Part shown: positions 25,512-38,310 of the stretch, piece after piece
Layout of the letters: each line of letters begins with the position of its first letter
How positions within the stretch are numbered: the stretch's first letter is position 1
Origin: Mobula hypostoma
Taxonomy: Eukaryota
Length of the DNA stretch: 64,000 bases
Assembly: GCF_963921235.1 (NCBI RefSeq)
Contig: NC_086097.1
Span: forward strand, 189,164,001 to 189,228,000
Direction: 5' to 3'
Translations under genes and position numbers: made by a program
The notes under the pieces: model-generated
Database searches by the model: none
What the model saw: only the letters and a program-made list of their open reading frames with translations
Told to the model about the DNA's origin: nothing

Positions 25512-25712
25512 CAGATTGGTCTTTGCTGTCGTCGAAATCCACCTGGACCGATATGCCGCTGTTAACGAGGCTCTTTGCGCCGGATGGGTCGTAGTTGAGA
25601 CTCAGCGGCTTCAGGCTCGGGTCGTACTTGGTTTCCGCATTCTTAATATCGATGGGGGACTGCCGGATGCCTTCCTTCGCCACGGGGAAAATCTCAGCCC
25701 AACGGGACGGAC
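25512..25712 (-). CDS. Carbonic anhydrase coding exon 2
   Basis: CAG acceptor and GTTAGT donor; 201 nt; (G)PSRWAEIFPVAKEGIRQSPIDIKNAETKYDPSLKPLSLNYDPSGAKSLVNSGISVQVDFDDSKDQS, containing the QSPIDI motif. Confidence 0.95.
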
Positions 25713-26294
25713 CTGCAGCGTGAGATGAGAACCAAGGTCACCCACTGCTCCTTGAAGGCTGCAGCCTGACTGAAGGAAGAGGGGGCGGAGAGTTTCGATT
25801 TTGCAACCGGAAAGCAGTTACATTTTTTTTCTCGTGACTGTGAATCTGACACCTAGTAGTTTGTACTAAAATAGTTAATCTATAGAGCTGAAGGCAAATT
25901 GTCTCAATGATTAATTCCGATCAGGCATTTGAATTTGACAACAAATATCAAAGTGCACTTTCCTACAATGTTAGTTAATCTTAAATCATTCAACCTTTTA
26001 CCCCTGATAACAAGATTTCCTTGCAATAAATATATTAACGTTCTTTCGTTTTTAAACGGACATTAACTGTGGAAATGGGCATTTAAATGCAGGGAGGAAA
26101 GTCTCAAACACCAGCTCGCCACTGGAAAGAGATCACAATTCGGCGGACAGAACGTTTCTTTAAACCTCCCCGGAGCCGGGCCGCTTGGAGGACAGAGCCA
26201 GCGGACCGTGACAATCACTGGCCAGATTCGGGCAGCTGCCACCTCAGCCTTGTCCCCGCCAGGGTTGTGCGTTGTCGCGGTGAGCAGAGCTCAC

Positions 26295-26328
26295 CGTTGT
26301 CTGGTCCGTAGCCCCAGGTTGCCGACAT
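26295..26328 (-). CDS. Cytosolic alpha-carbonic anhydrase (CA1/2/3/13/7-type), coding exon 1 of 7
   Basis: ATG at 26328 reads MSATWGYGPDN-G, followed by a GTGAG donor at 26294-26290. The 34-nt phase-1 exon matches the vertebrate cytosolic CA layout. The exact paralog cannot be assigned by eye. Confidence 0.95.
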
Positions 26329-26414
26329 GGTTGTAGCCGCCGAGTGCGCTGCTTCGGTTGCTTCCTCAGATTACACGAGCTGATATCTGGAGCGCGCCTT
26401 GACTAAGGACCAGC

Positions 26415-26445
26415 TTTTATAGGCTGCACGGTTGCTCACCATTGG
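26415..26445 (-). promoter_or_regulatory. Core promoter of the carbonic anhydrase gene (TATA box and CCAAT box)
   Basis: On the minus strand, CCAAT (26445-26441) is followed by TATAAAA (26421-26415), about 90 nt upstream of the ATG. Confidence 0.75.
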
Positions 26446-27158
26446 ATCAGCGACGTGCGTTATGTCACAGATGTAATCGGGGAAAAGAGAATCCAGTTGA
26501 GATCTTGACGGCTTTGGTGGGTGCGGGATGAGGCTGAGAAACGCGCACTTTTACTTTACATTAGGCTTTATCTCTGATCTGTGGCGGAGTGGAACGAGGT
26601 TGTGAATTGTAAGAGTGTACTGGGTCCCCAAGTTAATCCTTGGCATTCACTGTACGCACTGTAGTTACGAGGGTTTGCCTGGCGCCTGGTCAGGGACGGT
26701 GAAATGTGTGCCTGACCGACGCGTATTAAGTTCATTTCCTTTGCAAACTCTCCCCACTCTGATCCGATCCGGACTTTTGCAGCAAATCTCGGCTACAGGG
26801 ACCTACCAGAAATGGTTGACAACAATTTGTAAAGGTGCGCTTCGCTACAAGTTGTCAATGCCAAATAGAAATTCTAATGTTCACATTTTCACATACAATC
26901 GCAAATGCATCTTTGGAGTTATATGTGTTCTGTGGGAAATAGCATTACTATATCTTCGCCCAATATTGATTCGGCTATAGCCGGAACACAAGAGATGCTG
27001 GAATCTGGAGCAAAGAAAACGTTGGAAGAACTCAAGTAGCATCACTGGGCCATTTTTGCGCTGGTTATATCGGAGGTAGGGTGGTTGTTTCGCGTCAGGT
27101 AACCGGTCACTGTCAGTGTAATTGTTCGTGATATAATCTTGTTCCCAACTGTACTCTT

Positions 27159-29357
27159 TCTTTTTTTTTCTTTTTAAATCTTTTTATTGAGTAAGTATAC
27201 AAAAAAGGTAAGCCATATAAACATTAATACAATGTTAAAGTATAATAAAATTCCAAAAGATAACAATACCAAAAAGAAAATACTACAAACAATGTAATTT
27301 AAGCATAAGAAACCAAGATAACATAATAGTATACTAGATTTTATATATATCAATGGAAAAAAAGAAAAAAAAAACCCCAAAAAAACCCACCGTGCAACTA
27401 ACTAAAAGCAAAACAAAGCAATGGGCTAACTTGAAACCAAACAGAGTTAAACTTAAAATCACGTCCTCAATCCCGACCTCCATTAAAACAGTGAAAAAAA
27501 AACAAGGGTAAATATTACATTAAATGAAAATATCGAATAAAAGGTCCCCAAATCTGTTCAAATTTAAATGAAGAATCATAAAGGTTACTTCTAATTTTCT
27601 CCAGATTCAAACATAAAATCGTCTGAGAAAACCAAAAAAAGGTAGTTGGAGCATTAAGCTCTTTCCAATGTTGTAAAATACATCTTTTCGCCATTAAAGT
27701 AAGAAATGCAATCATTCTACGGGCTGAAGGGGAAAGATTACTAGAAATTTTAGGTAGTCCAAAGATAGCAGTAATAGGGTGAGGAGAGATATCTATATTT
27801 AATACCTTAGAAATAATATTGAAAATATCTCTCCAAAAAGTTTCCAAAGTAGGGCAAGACCAAAACATATGAGTTAAAGAGGCTATCTGCCCCGAACATC
27901 TATCACAGAAAGGATTAATATGCGAGTAAAAACGCGCTAACTTATCTTTGGACATATGTGCTCTATGCACCACTTTAAATTGAATTAGGGAATGTTTAGC
28001 ACAAATAGAGGAAGTATTAACTAATTGTAAAATCTGCCCCCAATCATCCACAGAAATGGTAAGCCCCAATTCCTGTTCCCAATCTACCCTAATCTTATCA
28101 AATGGAGCTTTCCTGAGTTTCATAATAATATTATAAATCATAGCCGATGCACCTTTCTGACATGGATTAAGGTTAATTATCGAATCTAAAATATATATAG
28201 GAGGAAGCATTGGAAAGGAAGGAAGTATAGTACTTAGAAAATTTCTAACTTGTAAATATCTAAAAAAATGTATTCTTGATAGGTTATATTTATTAGATAA
28301 TTGTTCAAAAGACATAAGGGAACCATCTAAAAATAAATCCAAAAACCGTAAAATACCCTTAGTCTTCCAAGTTTGAAAAGCGCGATCCGTAAAAGAGGGA
28401 GGAAAAAATATGTTACCTAAAATAGGAATCGCTAACCCGAATTGATTAAGATCAAAAAATTTTCTGAATTGAAACCAAATACGCAAAGCATATTTAACGA
28501 TCGGGTTAGAGACCTGCTTAAGGCGTTTCGAATCAAAAGGAAGAGATGAACCTAAAATAGAACCAAGTGTATAACCCTGAACAGATTGTAATTCCAATGC
28601 TACCCATTTAGGAATAGATAATATATCCCGGTCAAGTAACCAAAATTTCATATGTCGAATATTAATAGCCCAATAATAAAATCTAAAGTTAGGTAATGCT
28701 AAACCTCCATCTCTCTTAGCTTTCTGTAAATGTATTTTACCCAGTCTCGGATTCTTATTCTGCCAAATAAATGAAGAAATTTTAGAGTCGACTTTATCAA
28801 AAAAAGATTTAGGAACGAAAATTGGTAATGCCTGAAACACATATAAAAATTTTGGCAAAAAAAACATCTTAACTGCATTAATACGACCAATCAAAGTTAA
28901 ATATAAAGGAAACCATTTAGATGAAAGTTGAGTAATATGGTCTATTAATGGTAAAAAGTTAGTCTTAAATAAATCTTTATGTTTACAAGTAATTTTAATC
29001 CCAAGATATGAAAGGTAATTATTAATCAATTTAAATGGAAATTTATAATATAAGGGAAGATGTTTATTAATCGGAAAAAGTTCACTCTTACTAAGATTTA
29101 ATTTATAACCTGAGAAAAGACCAAATTGTGCTAATAACTCTAAAACAGCAGGAATAGATCTCTCAGGATTAGAAATATATAAAAGTAAATCATCAGCATA
29201 GAGTGATAATTTATGGGACTTTAATCCCCGAGTTATCCCAGTAATATTTGAAGATTCTCGAATAGCAATTGCAAGAGGTTCTAATGCAATATCAAATAAT
29301 AGGGGACTAAGAGGACAGCCTTGTCGAGTACCACGAAAGAGAGGAAAAAAAGGTGAG
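27159..29357 (-). mobile_element. Young 5'-truncated L1-clade LINE
   Basis: Uninterrupted ORF2 portion (RQGCPLSPLLF, LYADD, C-terminal CDRC...HMFWSC), stop at 27515. 3'UTR and poly(A) (T-tract 27157-27175 on the + strand). TSD CCAACTGTACTCTT at 27145-27158 and 29358-29371. Confidence 0.95.
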
Positions 29358-29991
29358 CCAACTGTACTCTTGATCTGAGCACTAAATACTTTCAAATGAT
29401 CTGAATGCCCAGTGTCGGATCTGACAAGTTCCAATACATTTTGCATTTGAGCATTTTGGGATCCGCTGGGCGAAAACACAGTAAACTGCCCTGACTACGT
29501 GGCCAAACTTATTTATGGCAGTGTTGCAACTATCGTTCCCGCACGTTCTTCAAAACAATAATTGTTTTAGGCAGCATTGGCCAAAGCTATGGGTTGTTAG
29601 TATTTAAAACGTTAAACTTTATTTTAAAACTGGCTTTCTGAAATGGAGTTTCTTGGTTTTGCTGGTAAACCACCCATTGATCATGACCGTTGTAATGTTT
29701 AAACTTATTTATTCCATGTTTTCTCTATCAAGGCTGTTCATATTAGAAACTTATTGGATAGGAGCCCATGTACCTTCATTTAGCAATATAACATTGTTAC
29801 AGAATGAACGTTCAGTCTGCAGCTTAAAACCTTAGCATAACATGAAGAAGTTTCAGTGTTTAGTTTAGCAAATACTGATCAGCTGTTTGGATATACCACG
29901 TCTCAAGCGCAATCACTCAAAAGTCTATAATATGCAAAAATTATTGAAATTGCAATCCATAAACAGCCATTACTTTACTGCCACCTAGAGG

Positions 29992-31258
29992 TGTCATAAG
30001 GTGGGGCGCTGGGAGCGGACCCAAATGCAAGACACAGACACTGAGGTAGTAGGAACAGGACTAGGACCAGAGTTAGGGACGTGACTGGATGCAGACTAGG
30101 AGCAGGGACAAGAACACAGACTTGGGCTAGGACTTTGGCTAGGAAAGCAGAACCAGGACAAGGAACTGGGAGATAGGAGCCTGGGCTAGGACTCCGAGCC
30201 AGAGACTGGACAAGGACCCAGAACCTGGGTCTTGTCTCGGGCTCGGACTCCGGAACTAGGCGAAGACATGACGTGGTCTAGGGAGATAGGACTAGGCAAG
30301 GCTACAGAACAGAACGAGAGACCCCTGGGCAGGACGAGGGAACTCCAGCACAGGGACGAGAACACAAAGCCTTGACTTCGTACTCAGGAACAGCCGAGCC
30401 TTGGACTTAGGACGACAGGAACCTCGGAACCTCGGACTTGGGACAACAGGAACGCACAACACAGAGCCTTGGTCTTGGGGAGGACAAGAACACAGAGCCT
30501 TGGTCTAGAGCACGGAAACACGGAGCCCTGGTCTTGGGGAGAACAGGAACACAGGGACATGGAACACAGAGCTGGGATCCCTCCTTGGGAACCCGATTTA
30601 GGGCCAGGACTTGTACACGCAACACAGAGCCAGGACCTCTCCTTGGGAACAAGACTTGGGGCCAGGGCTCTACACAGAATGCTGAACACAAAGAGAAGGT
30701 TCCCAACTAGGTAGCGGCAAATGGCCGGGCCTACGTAGCAAAGATGTGAACACAGAGACAGTTCCCAACACTAGGTAGCGGCAAACGGCCGGACGTACCT
30801 AGCGAAGGCGTGGACACGGAGACAGCTCCAACTCAATGACAGACTTGTCATTGATCTAATCACTAATCTTGTCACTAATTACTTGTCACTAATCTTGACA
30901 CAGCAAGGATCCTGTCTCGCTCTGGTGGTAGAATTTGACAAGGTTGAGGGGCAAGGCTCCAGACACAGGTTGCAGGCAAGGCTCCAGAAGGAAGGGGAAG
31001 GGAAGGGAACAGTCCGGCCTTAGGGCAATGGCAAAGATGGCCTGACTTGCCCCACGGAGGCAAGGACGGGATACTGATGAGACAAACCAGCACCCACACT
31101 CGAAACCCAGGGCAAATTATATTCCCAGTCCCAAGACGAGCATTAGGTGCCTATGATTAAGCCCAACTGAAACAAGGGACAGCCGGAAAACCCAGAGTCC
31201 AGAGTCCACGGACCGGACCGTGAACTGGAACGCGGACTTCACGGACCGGACCATGACA
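29992..31258 (-). mobile_element. Solo LTR (1267 bp)
   Basis: Termini TGTCAT...ATGACA with a 5-bp TSD AGAGG (29987-29991, 31259-31263) and internal short subrepeats. Orientation inferred from a minus-strand TATA-like motif near 31117-31122. Confidence 0.82.
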
Positions 31259-31956
31259 AGAGGGATATGACAATGCAAAAAAAAATCACGAGGCGTGAAT
31301 TAGCAACCATGCTAACTTGGCAACATACCTCGAGGTGCTGCTCTGGAGCATTACAGAGGCATTGAGGCATACCCCATGAAGAAAGGCTTTTCAATTACCA
31401 AGCACCAATTTACCCCAATCCCATTTTTCAGCATCTCCCTCCTCACCCCAATTCTACTTCACATCTGCACACTGGGGACAATGTACAGTGAATGATTAAC
31501 CAAACAAACTGCATGTCTTTTGGATGTGAGAGGAAAACAGAGCACCATGGAAAATCCATATGGTCACGGGGCATGCGTGCATACTCCGCATAGAGATCAT
31601 TCAAGGCCAGGCCAGGGTGGATTTCGGATCACTGGAGCTATGACACAGCAGCTCTACCAGCTGTGCCACTGTGCTGTCTCGATGTGGTTCATTCTATTCA
31701 ATCTCAACTCGTATAAAAACATCCTAATAATTTAACTGATGAATCTTTGATTAACTCTCTCTCTCTCTCAGGCATAAGAACTGGAATTAATACTTACTAA
31801 TACAAACTTGGTCTCATCAGATTTAGGTTACTTACACTGGTAAATACAGTGAATGTGTTGTTTGCATTAACAACCAATAAACCAATATAAGGGGCCAGCA
31901 CATAAGTTTAGTACACAATCCGGTGCTAACATAGCATGTCAATAATGTTTATCAAA

Positions 31957-33115
31957 GAATTGAATTGACTTTATTTCTTACATCCTTCCCATACATAAGG
32001 AGTAAAAATCTTTACGTTATGTCTCCATCTAAATGTGCAATGTGCAATCATAGTAATTTATAATAATTTATAATAAATAGAACAGTCAATGTAGTATACA
32101 CTCAAGTCAGTGTGAGTTAATCAGTCTGATGGCCTGGTGGAAGAAGCTGTCCCAGAGCCTGTTGATCCTGGCTTTTATGCTGTGGTACTGCTTCCCAGAT
32201 GGTAGCAGCTGGAATAGATTGTGGTTGGGATGTCTTGGGTTCCCAATGATCCTACGGGCCCTTTTTACACACCTGTCCTTGTAAATGTCCTGAATCATGG
32301 GAAGTTCACAACTACAGATGCACTAGGCTGTCCACACCACTCTCTGCAGAGTCCTGCGATTAAGGGAGGTACAGTTCCCATACCTGGCAGTGATGCAGCC
32401 AGTCAGGATGCTCTCAATTGTGCCCCTGTAGAAAGTTCTTAGGATCTGGGGGCCCCATACCAAACTTCCTCAACCGTCTGTGGTGAAAGAGGCGCTGTTC
32501 TGCCTTTTTCACCACACAGCTGGTGTGTACAGATCACGTCAGGTCCTCGGTGATGTGGATGGTGAGGAACTTGAAGCTGTTTACCCTCTCAACCCCAGAT
32601 CCATTGATGTCACTAGGGATTAGCCTGTCATCATTCCTCCTGTTGTCCACAACCAGCTCCTTTGTTTTTGTGACACTGAGGGAGAGGTTGTTTTCTTGAC
32701 ACTACTGTGTCAGAGAGATGACTTCTTCCCTGTAGGCTACCTCATTATTGTTTGAGATAAAGCCAATCAATGTAGTGTTGACAGCAAATTTAATTAACAG
32801 ATTGGAGCTGTGGGTGGTGATACAGTCATGGGTATACAGGGAGTAAAGGAGGGGACTCAGTACACAGCCCTGAGGGGCTCCTGTATTGCGAATCAGAGGG
32901 TTGGAGCTGAGGGAGCCCACTCTTACAATCTGCTGGCGATCTGACAGGAAGTCAAGGATCCAGCTGCACAAGGCAGGGTCAAGGCTGAGGTCACTGAGCT
33001 TCCTGTCGAGCCCGGGTGGAACTACAGTGTTGAATGCTGAACTGTAGTCCAAGAACAGCATTCTCACATAAGCTTCCTTCTTCTCCAGATGTGTAAGGAC
33101 AGTGGCTATTGTGTC
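31957..33115 (-). mobile_element. Rex/Babar-type LINE, 5'-truncated
   Basis: YVRMLFLDYSSAFNT and TGAPQGCVLSPLLYSLYT (ORF 32702..33169); short repeat tail near 31957. Confidence 0.85.
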
Positions 33116-34515
33116 ATTATAATTGCTGTAAATTTTCCAGAGCAGAACTTCAACCTCTGTCACTTGCACTGAATGTGCATGTTAACATCCTTCTCAAATG
33201 TTCCAAAAGCTAACACTATAAATGTATGCTTAGCACAAAATGATGGAAAGAATTTGACATTGAACTGCACATGGAGATATTGAAGCAGGTAGCCATAAAC
33301 CTGAGATAAAGAGGAAAGCTTTGAGGAATGTCACAAAGGAGCAGAGGCTTCATCGAAGAATGCAGGTGATTGCCAGCTGAAGGTACACTCAGCAATTACC
33401 TCAGTCGCCAGAATGAAGGTGTACCATTATATGAGAGGGTTGTAGGGCTGTGAGGGGTGGGAGAGAAAAGAAAGCTTTGTAAATAAATATTAAAATTGAC
33501 AATATAGATACCAACATTCAGTGCTTTCCCAAGGCAGAGTCAAAGAATAGGCTTGAAATGCTACAGGAATTTTCTTGTAAGGGGTCTAAGAGCGTTTGTC
33601 GACTTAAAGCTCGACGTATGTAATTAATGTGGAGTGACAAAGTCAGTCATATACTCAATGAAATGTGTATGTCATGCAATGTACTGCAGATGCAAAGCAA
33701 CAAGTTTTAATACCACCTGCCAGTAAGATTAAAACTAATTCTGATTCTGTTACAAAAGTAAAATAGCAAAGATGCAGGAAACTTGAAATAAACACAGAAA
33801 ATATGGAAATAAAAAAACTTTTTACTGCAGTCTATTTCCAATATTTTTGGTACAATATAGTAAACAAGGAGGAAAATTGTGCCCACGGATTCAGCTTCTT
33901 ATGGATTCATTTATCTTTACTTTGCATTCTGGCAAAACACAACCGCTAGAATTGTTATTGCAAAAATGAAGGTGACGGATTGGTGCTTGTTCTGAGCATG
34001 GATTTGTCATAACAAATGTAAAATATCTGCAGTACTTCAAACAGAATGTTAATTAATTTGAAAGTTTTAAACAAAACAATCAACTTATATATCAGTAGTC
34101 TTATCAATAAGATTAGAAGAGTACAGAGACAATTTACAAGCAATTTTGAGTATTGTGTTCAGTTCTGGTCACCTACCTACAAGAAATATATCAATAACAT
34201 TGAGTATGCACAGAAAATTTACAAGGATGTTGCTGTGTCTTGAGGACTTGAGTTATAGGGAAAGGTTGAGTAGGTTAGGATTTTATTCCCTACAGTGTAT
34301 GAGAAGAAGGGATGATTTGATAATGGTATAGAAAATTATGAGGGCTATAAACCTCTTTTTCCACAGAGGTTGGGTGAGACTAGAACCAGAGGTCATGGGT
34401 TAAGGGTGAAAGGCAAAATGTTAAAGGGGAACATGAGGGGAGCTTCTTCACTCAGAGGATGGTGAGAATTTGGAATGAACTGCTAGCAGAACTGGTGGAT
34501 GCAGATTCAATTTCA

Positions 34516-36372
34516 ACATAGAAACATAGAAACATAGAAAATAGATGCAGGAGTAGGCCATTCGGCCCTTCGAGCCTGCACCGCCATTCAGTATGATCAT
34601 GGATGCGCATCCAACTCAGAACCCTGTACCAGCCTTCCCTCCATACCCCCTGATCCCTTTAGCCACAAGGGCCATATCTAACTCCCTCTTAAATATAGCC
34701 AATGGACTGGCCTCAACTATTTCCTGTGGCAGAGAATTCCACAGATTCACCTCTCTCTGTGTGAAGAAGTTTTTCCTCATCTCGGTCCTAAAAGGCTTCC
34801 CCTTTATCCTCAAACTGTGACCCCTCGTTCTGGACTTCCCCAACATCGGGAACAATCTTCCTGCATCTAGCCTGTCCAATCCCTTTAGGATTTTATACGT
34901 TTCAATCAGATCCCCCCTCAATCTTCTAAATTCCAATGAGTATAAGCCTAGTTCATCCAGTCTTTCATCATATGAAAGTCCTGCCATCCCAGGAATCAAT
35001 CTGGTGAACCTTCTTTGTACTCCCTCTATGGCAAGGATGTCTTTCCTCAGATTAGGGGACCAAAACTGCACACAATACTCCAGGTGTGGTCTCACCAAGG
35101 CCTTGTACAACTGCAGTAGTACCTCCCTGCTCCTGTACTCGAATCCTCTTGCAATGAATGCCAGCATACCATTCGCCTTTTTCACTGCCTGCTGTACCTG
35201 CATGCCCACTTTCAATGACTGGTGTATAATGACACCCAACTCTCGTTGCACCTCCCCTTTTCCTAATCGGCCACCGTTCAGATAATAATCTGTTTTCCTG
35301 TTTTTGCCACCAAAGTGGATAACTTCACATTTATCCACATTAAATTGCATCTGCCATGAATTTGCCCACTCACCTAACCTATCCAAGTCACCCTGCATCC
35401 TCTTAGCATCCTCCTCACAGCTAACACTGCCGCCCAGCTTCGTGTCATCCACAAACTTGGAGATGCTGCATTTAATTCCCTCATCCAAGTCATTAATATA
35501 TATTGTAAACAACTGGGGTCCCAGCACTGAGCCTTGCGGTACCCCACTAGTCACTGTCTGCCATTCTGAAAAGGTCCCGTTTATTCCCACTCTTTGCTTC
35601 CGGTCTGCCAACCTATTCTCTATCCACATCAATACCTCACTCCCAATACCATGTGCTTTAAGTTTGCACACTAATCTCCTGTGTGGGACCTTGTCAAAAG
35701 CCTTTTGAAAATCCAAATATACCACATCCACTGGTTCTCCCCTATCCACTCTACTAGTTACATCCTCAAAAAAATTCTATGAGATTCGTCAGACATGATT
35801 TTCCTTTCACAAATCCATGCTGACTTTGGCCGCTGATTTCACCGCTTTCCAAATGTGCTGTTATCACATCTTTGATAACTGACTCTAGCAGTTTCCCCAC
35901 CACCGATGTTAGGCTAACCGGTCTATAATTCCCTGGTTTCTCTCTCCCTCCTTTTTTAAAAAGTGGGGTGACATTAGCCACCCTCCAATCCTCAGGAACT
36001 AGTCCAGAATCTAATGAGTTTTGAAAAATTATCACTAATGCATCCACTATTTCTTGGGCTACTTTCTTAAGCACTCTGGGATGCAGACCATCTGGCCCTG
36101 GGGATTTATCTGCCGTTACTCCCTTCAATTTACCTAACACCACTTCCCTACTAACATGTGTTTCACTCAGTTCCTCCATCTCACTGGACCCTCTGTCCCC
36201 TACTATTTCTGGAAGATTATTTATGTCCTCCTTAGTGAAGACAGAACCAAAGTAATTATTCAATTGGTCTGCCATGTCCTTGCTCCCCATAATCAATTCA
36301 CCTGTTTCTGTCTGTAGGGGACCCACATTTGTCTTAACCAATCTTTTTCTTTTCACATATCTATAAAAGCTA
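34516..36372 (-). mobile_element. Young 5'-truncated CR1 LINE nested in an older CR1
   Basis: ORFs 35766..36473 and 34616..35749 give near-intact RT (NYRPVSLTS, LDFQKAFDKVPH, QGSVLGP, FVDDTK). 3' (TTTCTATG)n tail. The host CR1 resumes at about 36376. Confidence 0.95.
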
Positions 36373-38112
36373 TAAACATTTAGGAGTAGTTTGGATAAGT
36401 GCTTGGATGGGAGGTGTACTGGCTGTGGTCCAGGTGCAAGTTGACGGGAGTACGCAGAGCAATAGTTTGGCATGGACTAGATGGGATGAAGGACATGACT
36501 CTGTGCTATAGTGCTTATGTTTAAAGCATTGGAAATATGATCATTGACTCCATTGTCGCTGTTACAAGACTTGATTTCTTTCAAACTTTGTTAACACTTG
36601 GGCTGAATAATGCTACTGTCCTATTTTAGTAGTGCTATTGTCAAACTAGATAAATGAAGTGAGAGACTGTGCATGGCAGAAGTGTTTTTCCCAGTACATT
36701 ATTCCTCAGCAGGCAATCCCTTAGGATCAAGACTGATTTGCTTTCACACTGCTTATGTGGGTACTGAAGTGACTAATGGGATCAGTAAGGAAAACAGCAG
36801 ATTCTTCAAAGGAGGGAGGATGAGGCGCCTGACAGGACGAGCAGTAAACCTGTAAGTTAATGAATTCCTCTCTCTGCTCATATATGGCTCTGTGTACCCT
36901 CAATGCATGGCCTTGAGGTTCTCAACACCATCACAAATGAACCTTCTCCACTTTAAATGATCATGAGACAGAGGTTCCCAGGAGCCAGCAGGACATTAAA
37001 CTTCTTTAAGAATAACTTGAGTAGATCCTTGCATCTTTCTCTGCCTATTGATAATTTCAATGATCATAATGTGTCTGCCTCTGAACAAGAAACAGAATGC
37101 TAGTGGAACTCCACAGGTCAATTATCTGTGGAGGTGTACGTTGATATTTTGTGTTTTGGCTCAAGACCCTGCATCAGTGCTGAGAGGGAAGAGAAAAGAT
37201 TGCTAGTATATAGCCAAAGAGGGGGTTGGGGAAGGGTATTTGAGGCTAGTAGATGATAGATGGAAACAGATGGGGTGGGGGGGATGATGAGCAGGTGAAA
37301 CCTGGTAGAGAGAGGGTGTACAAGAATAAATCGAGAAGAACACTTGGTGGACAGGTGAGTGGACATTGGAGTAAAGCAGTGCGAATGTGGGTCATCCGAA
37401 ACTGGAAAATTCAATGTTCATATCATCGGGCTGTAAGCTACTCAAATGGAGTATGAGATGTTGTTCTTCCAATTTGTGTTTGTCCCCTGAGGCAAAAGAG
37501 AAAGCTAAGTATAGACAGCTCCGTGTGGGATTGGAACGGAGAGTTTGAATGTAAGTTCAAGATGGTCAATGTGAAAGAAAAACCTCCAACAGATTTCTTG
37601 GCCTATTTCAGCATCTGGTGGGATTGGTGACCCAATGATGATTTGGTAAGTTAGTTTGCAAGAGTAAGGAATAGCATGTACTATGCCTAACATTCTTTTG
37701 ATTCATTTGATAGACGGTACCTGGTCTTGCAGGGAGACAGCCTCTTTTTATCATCCTATTTGTCCTGTTTTGTATTACCAAATCAGTTGATAAAAAGCAG
37801 AACCCATTTTTCTCTTTTTAGAACGAGTAGCTGCAAGAGGTGCAGGTTGCCTTTATTTGCAGTAAGTGGATGTGCATGACAGGGGCTGACCTACCTCATG
37901 CAACCCAAGTTAAATATAATTCATGAATGACATGAAGATTGCAAGATAAATGGAAAATTGAACAGCATGGCAAGTATGTCGTCACAATTGACAATTATTG
38001 AAAATTTTGCAGGACCATATCTTTCAGTGAGTTCACAGGGCAGTTGTGGTTATGACACTAGTAAAGGAGAGTGCATAAAATATCAGACTGTGCTAGCAGC
38101 AACATTTGAGGT

Positions 38113-38310
38113 AACACACACACAATGCCAGAGAACTCAGCATGTCAGGCAGCACCTATGAACAGACGGTTGATGTTTCGGACTGAGATCCTTCATTAGT
38201 CCTGGTGAAAGGCCAAGGCCCAAAATGTTGACTGTTTATTCATAGATATTGCCTGAACTGCTGAGTTCCGCCAGCAATTTGTGTATATTGCTCTAGATTT
38301 CCAGCATCTG
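38113..38310. mobile_element. Degenerate PLE-derived fold-back
   Basis: Imperfect inverted PLE 3'-end sequences with two decayed hammerhead motifs back to back. Confidence 0.65.

Larger units (their letters stand above)
25100..27130. promoter_or_regulatory. CpG-island-like region over CA exons 1-2 and the promoter
   Basis: CpG dinucleotides are visibly enriched against the CpG-depleted background. Boundaries were estimated by eye. Confidence 0.65.

Noticed and set aside
29358..29479. N-terminal extension making a 654-aa host-L1 fusion ORF
   Set aside because: The first ~41 codons are flanking DNA beyond the TSD and start at GTG; a chance open frame is the simplest explanation.
30384..30714. 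Overlapping 80-100 aa ORFs
   Set aside because: They are products of GC-rich subrepeats inside the solo LTR, with no domain motifs.
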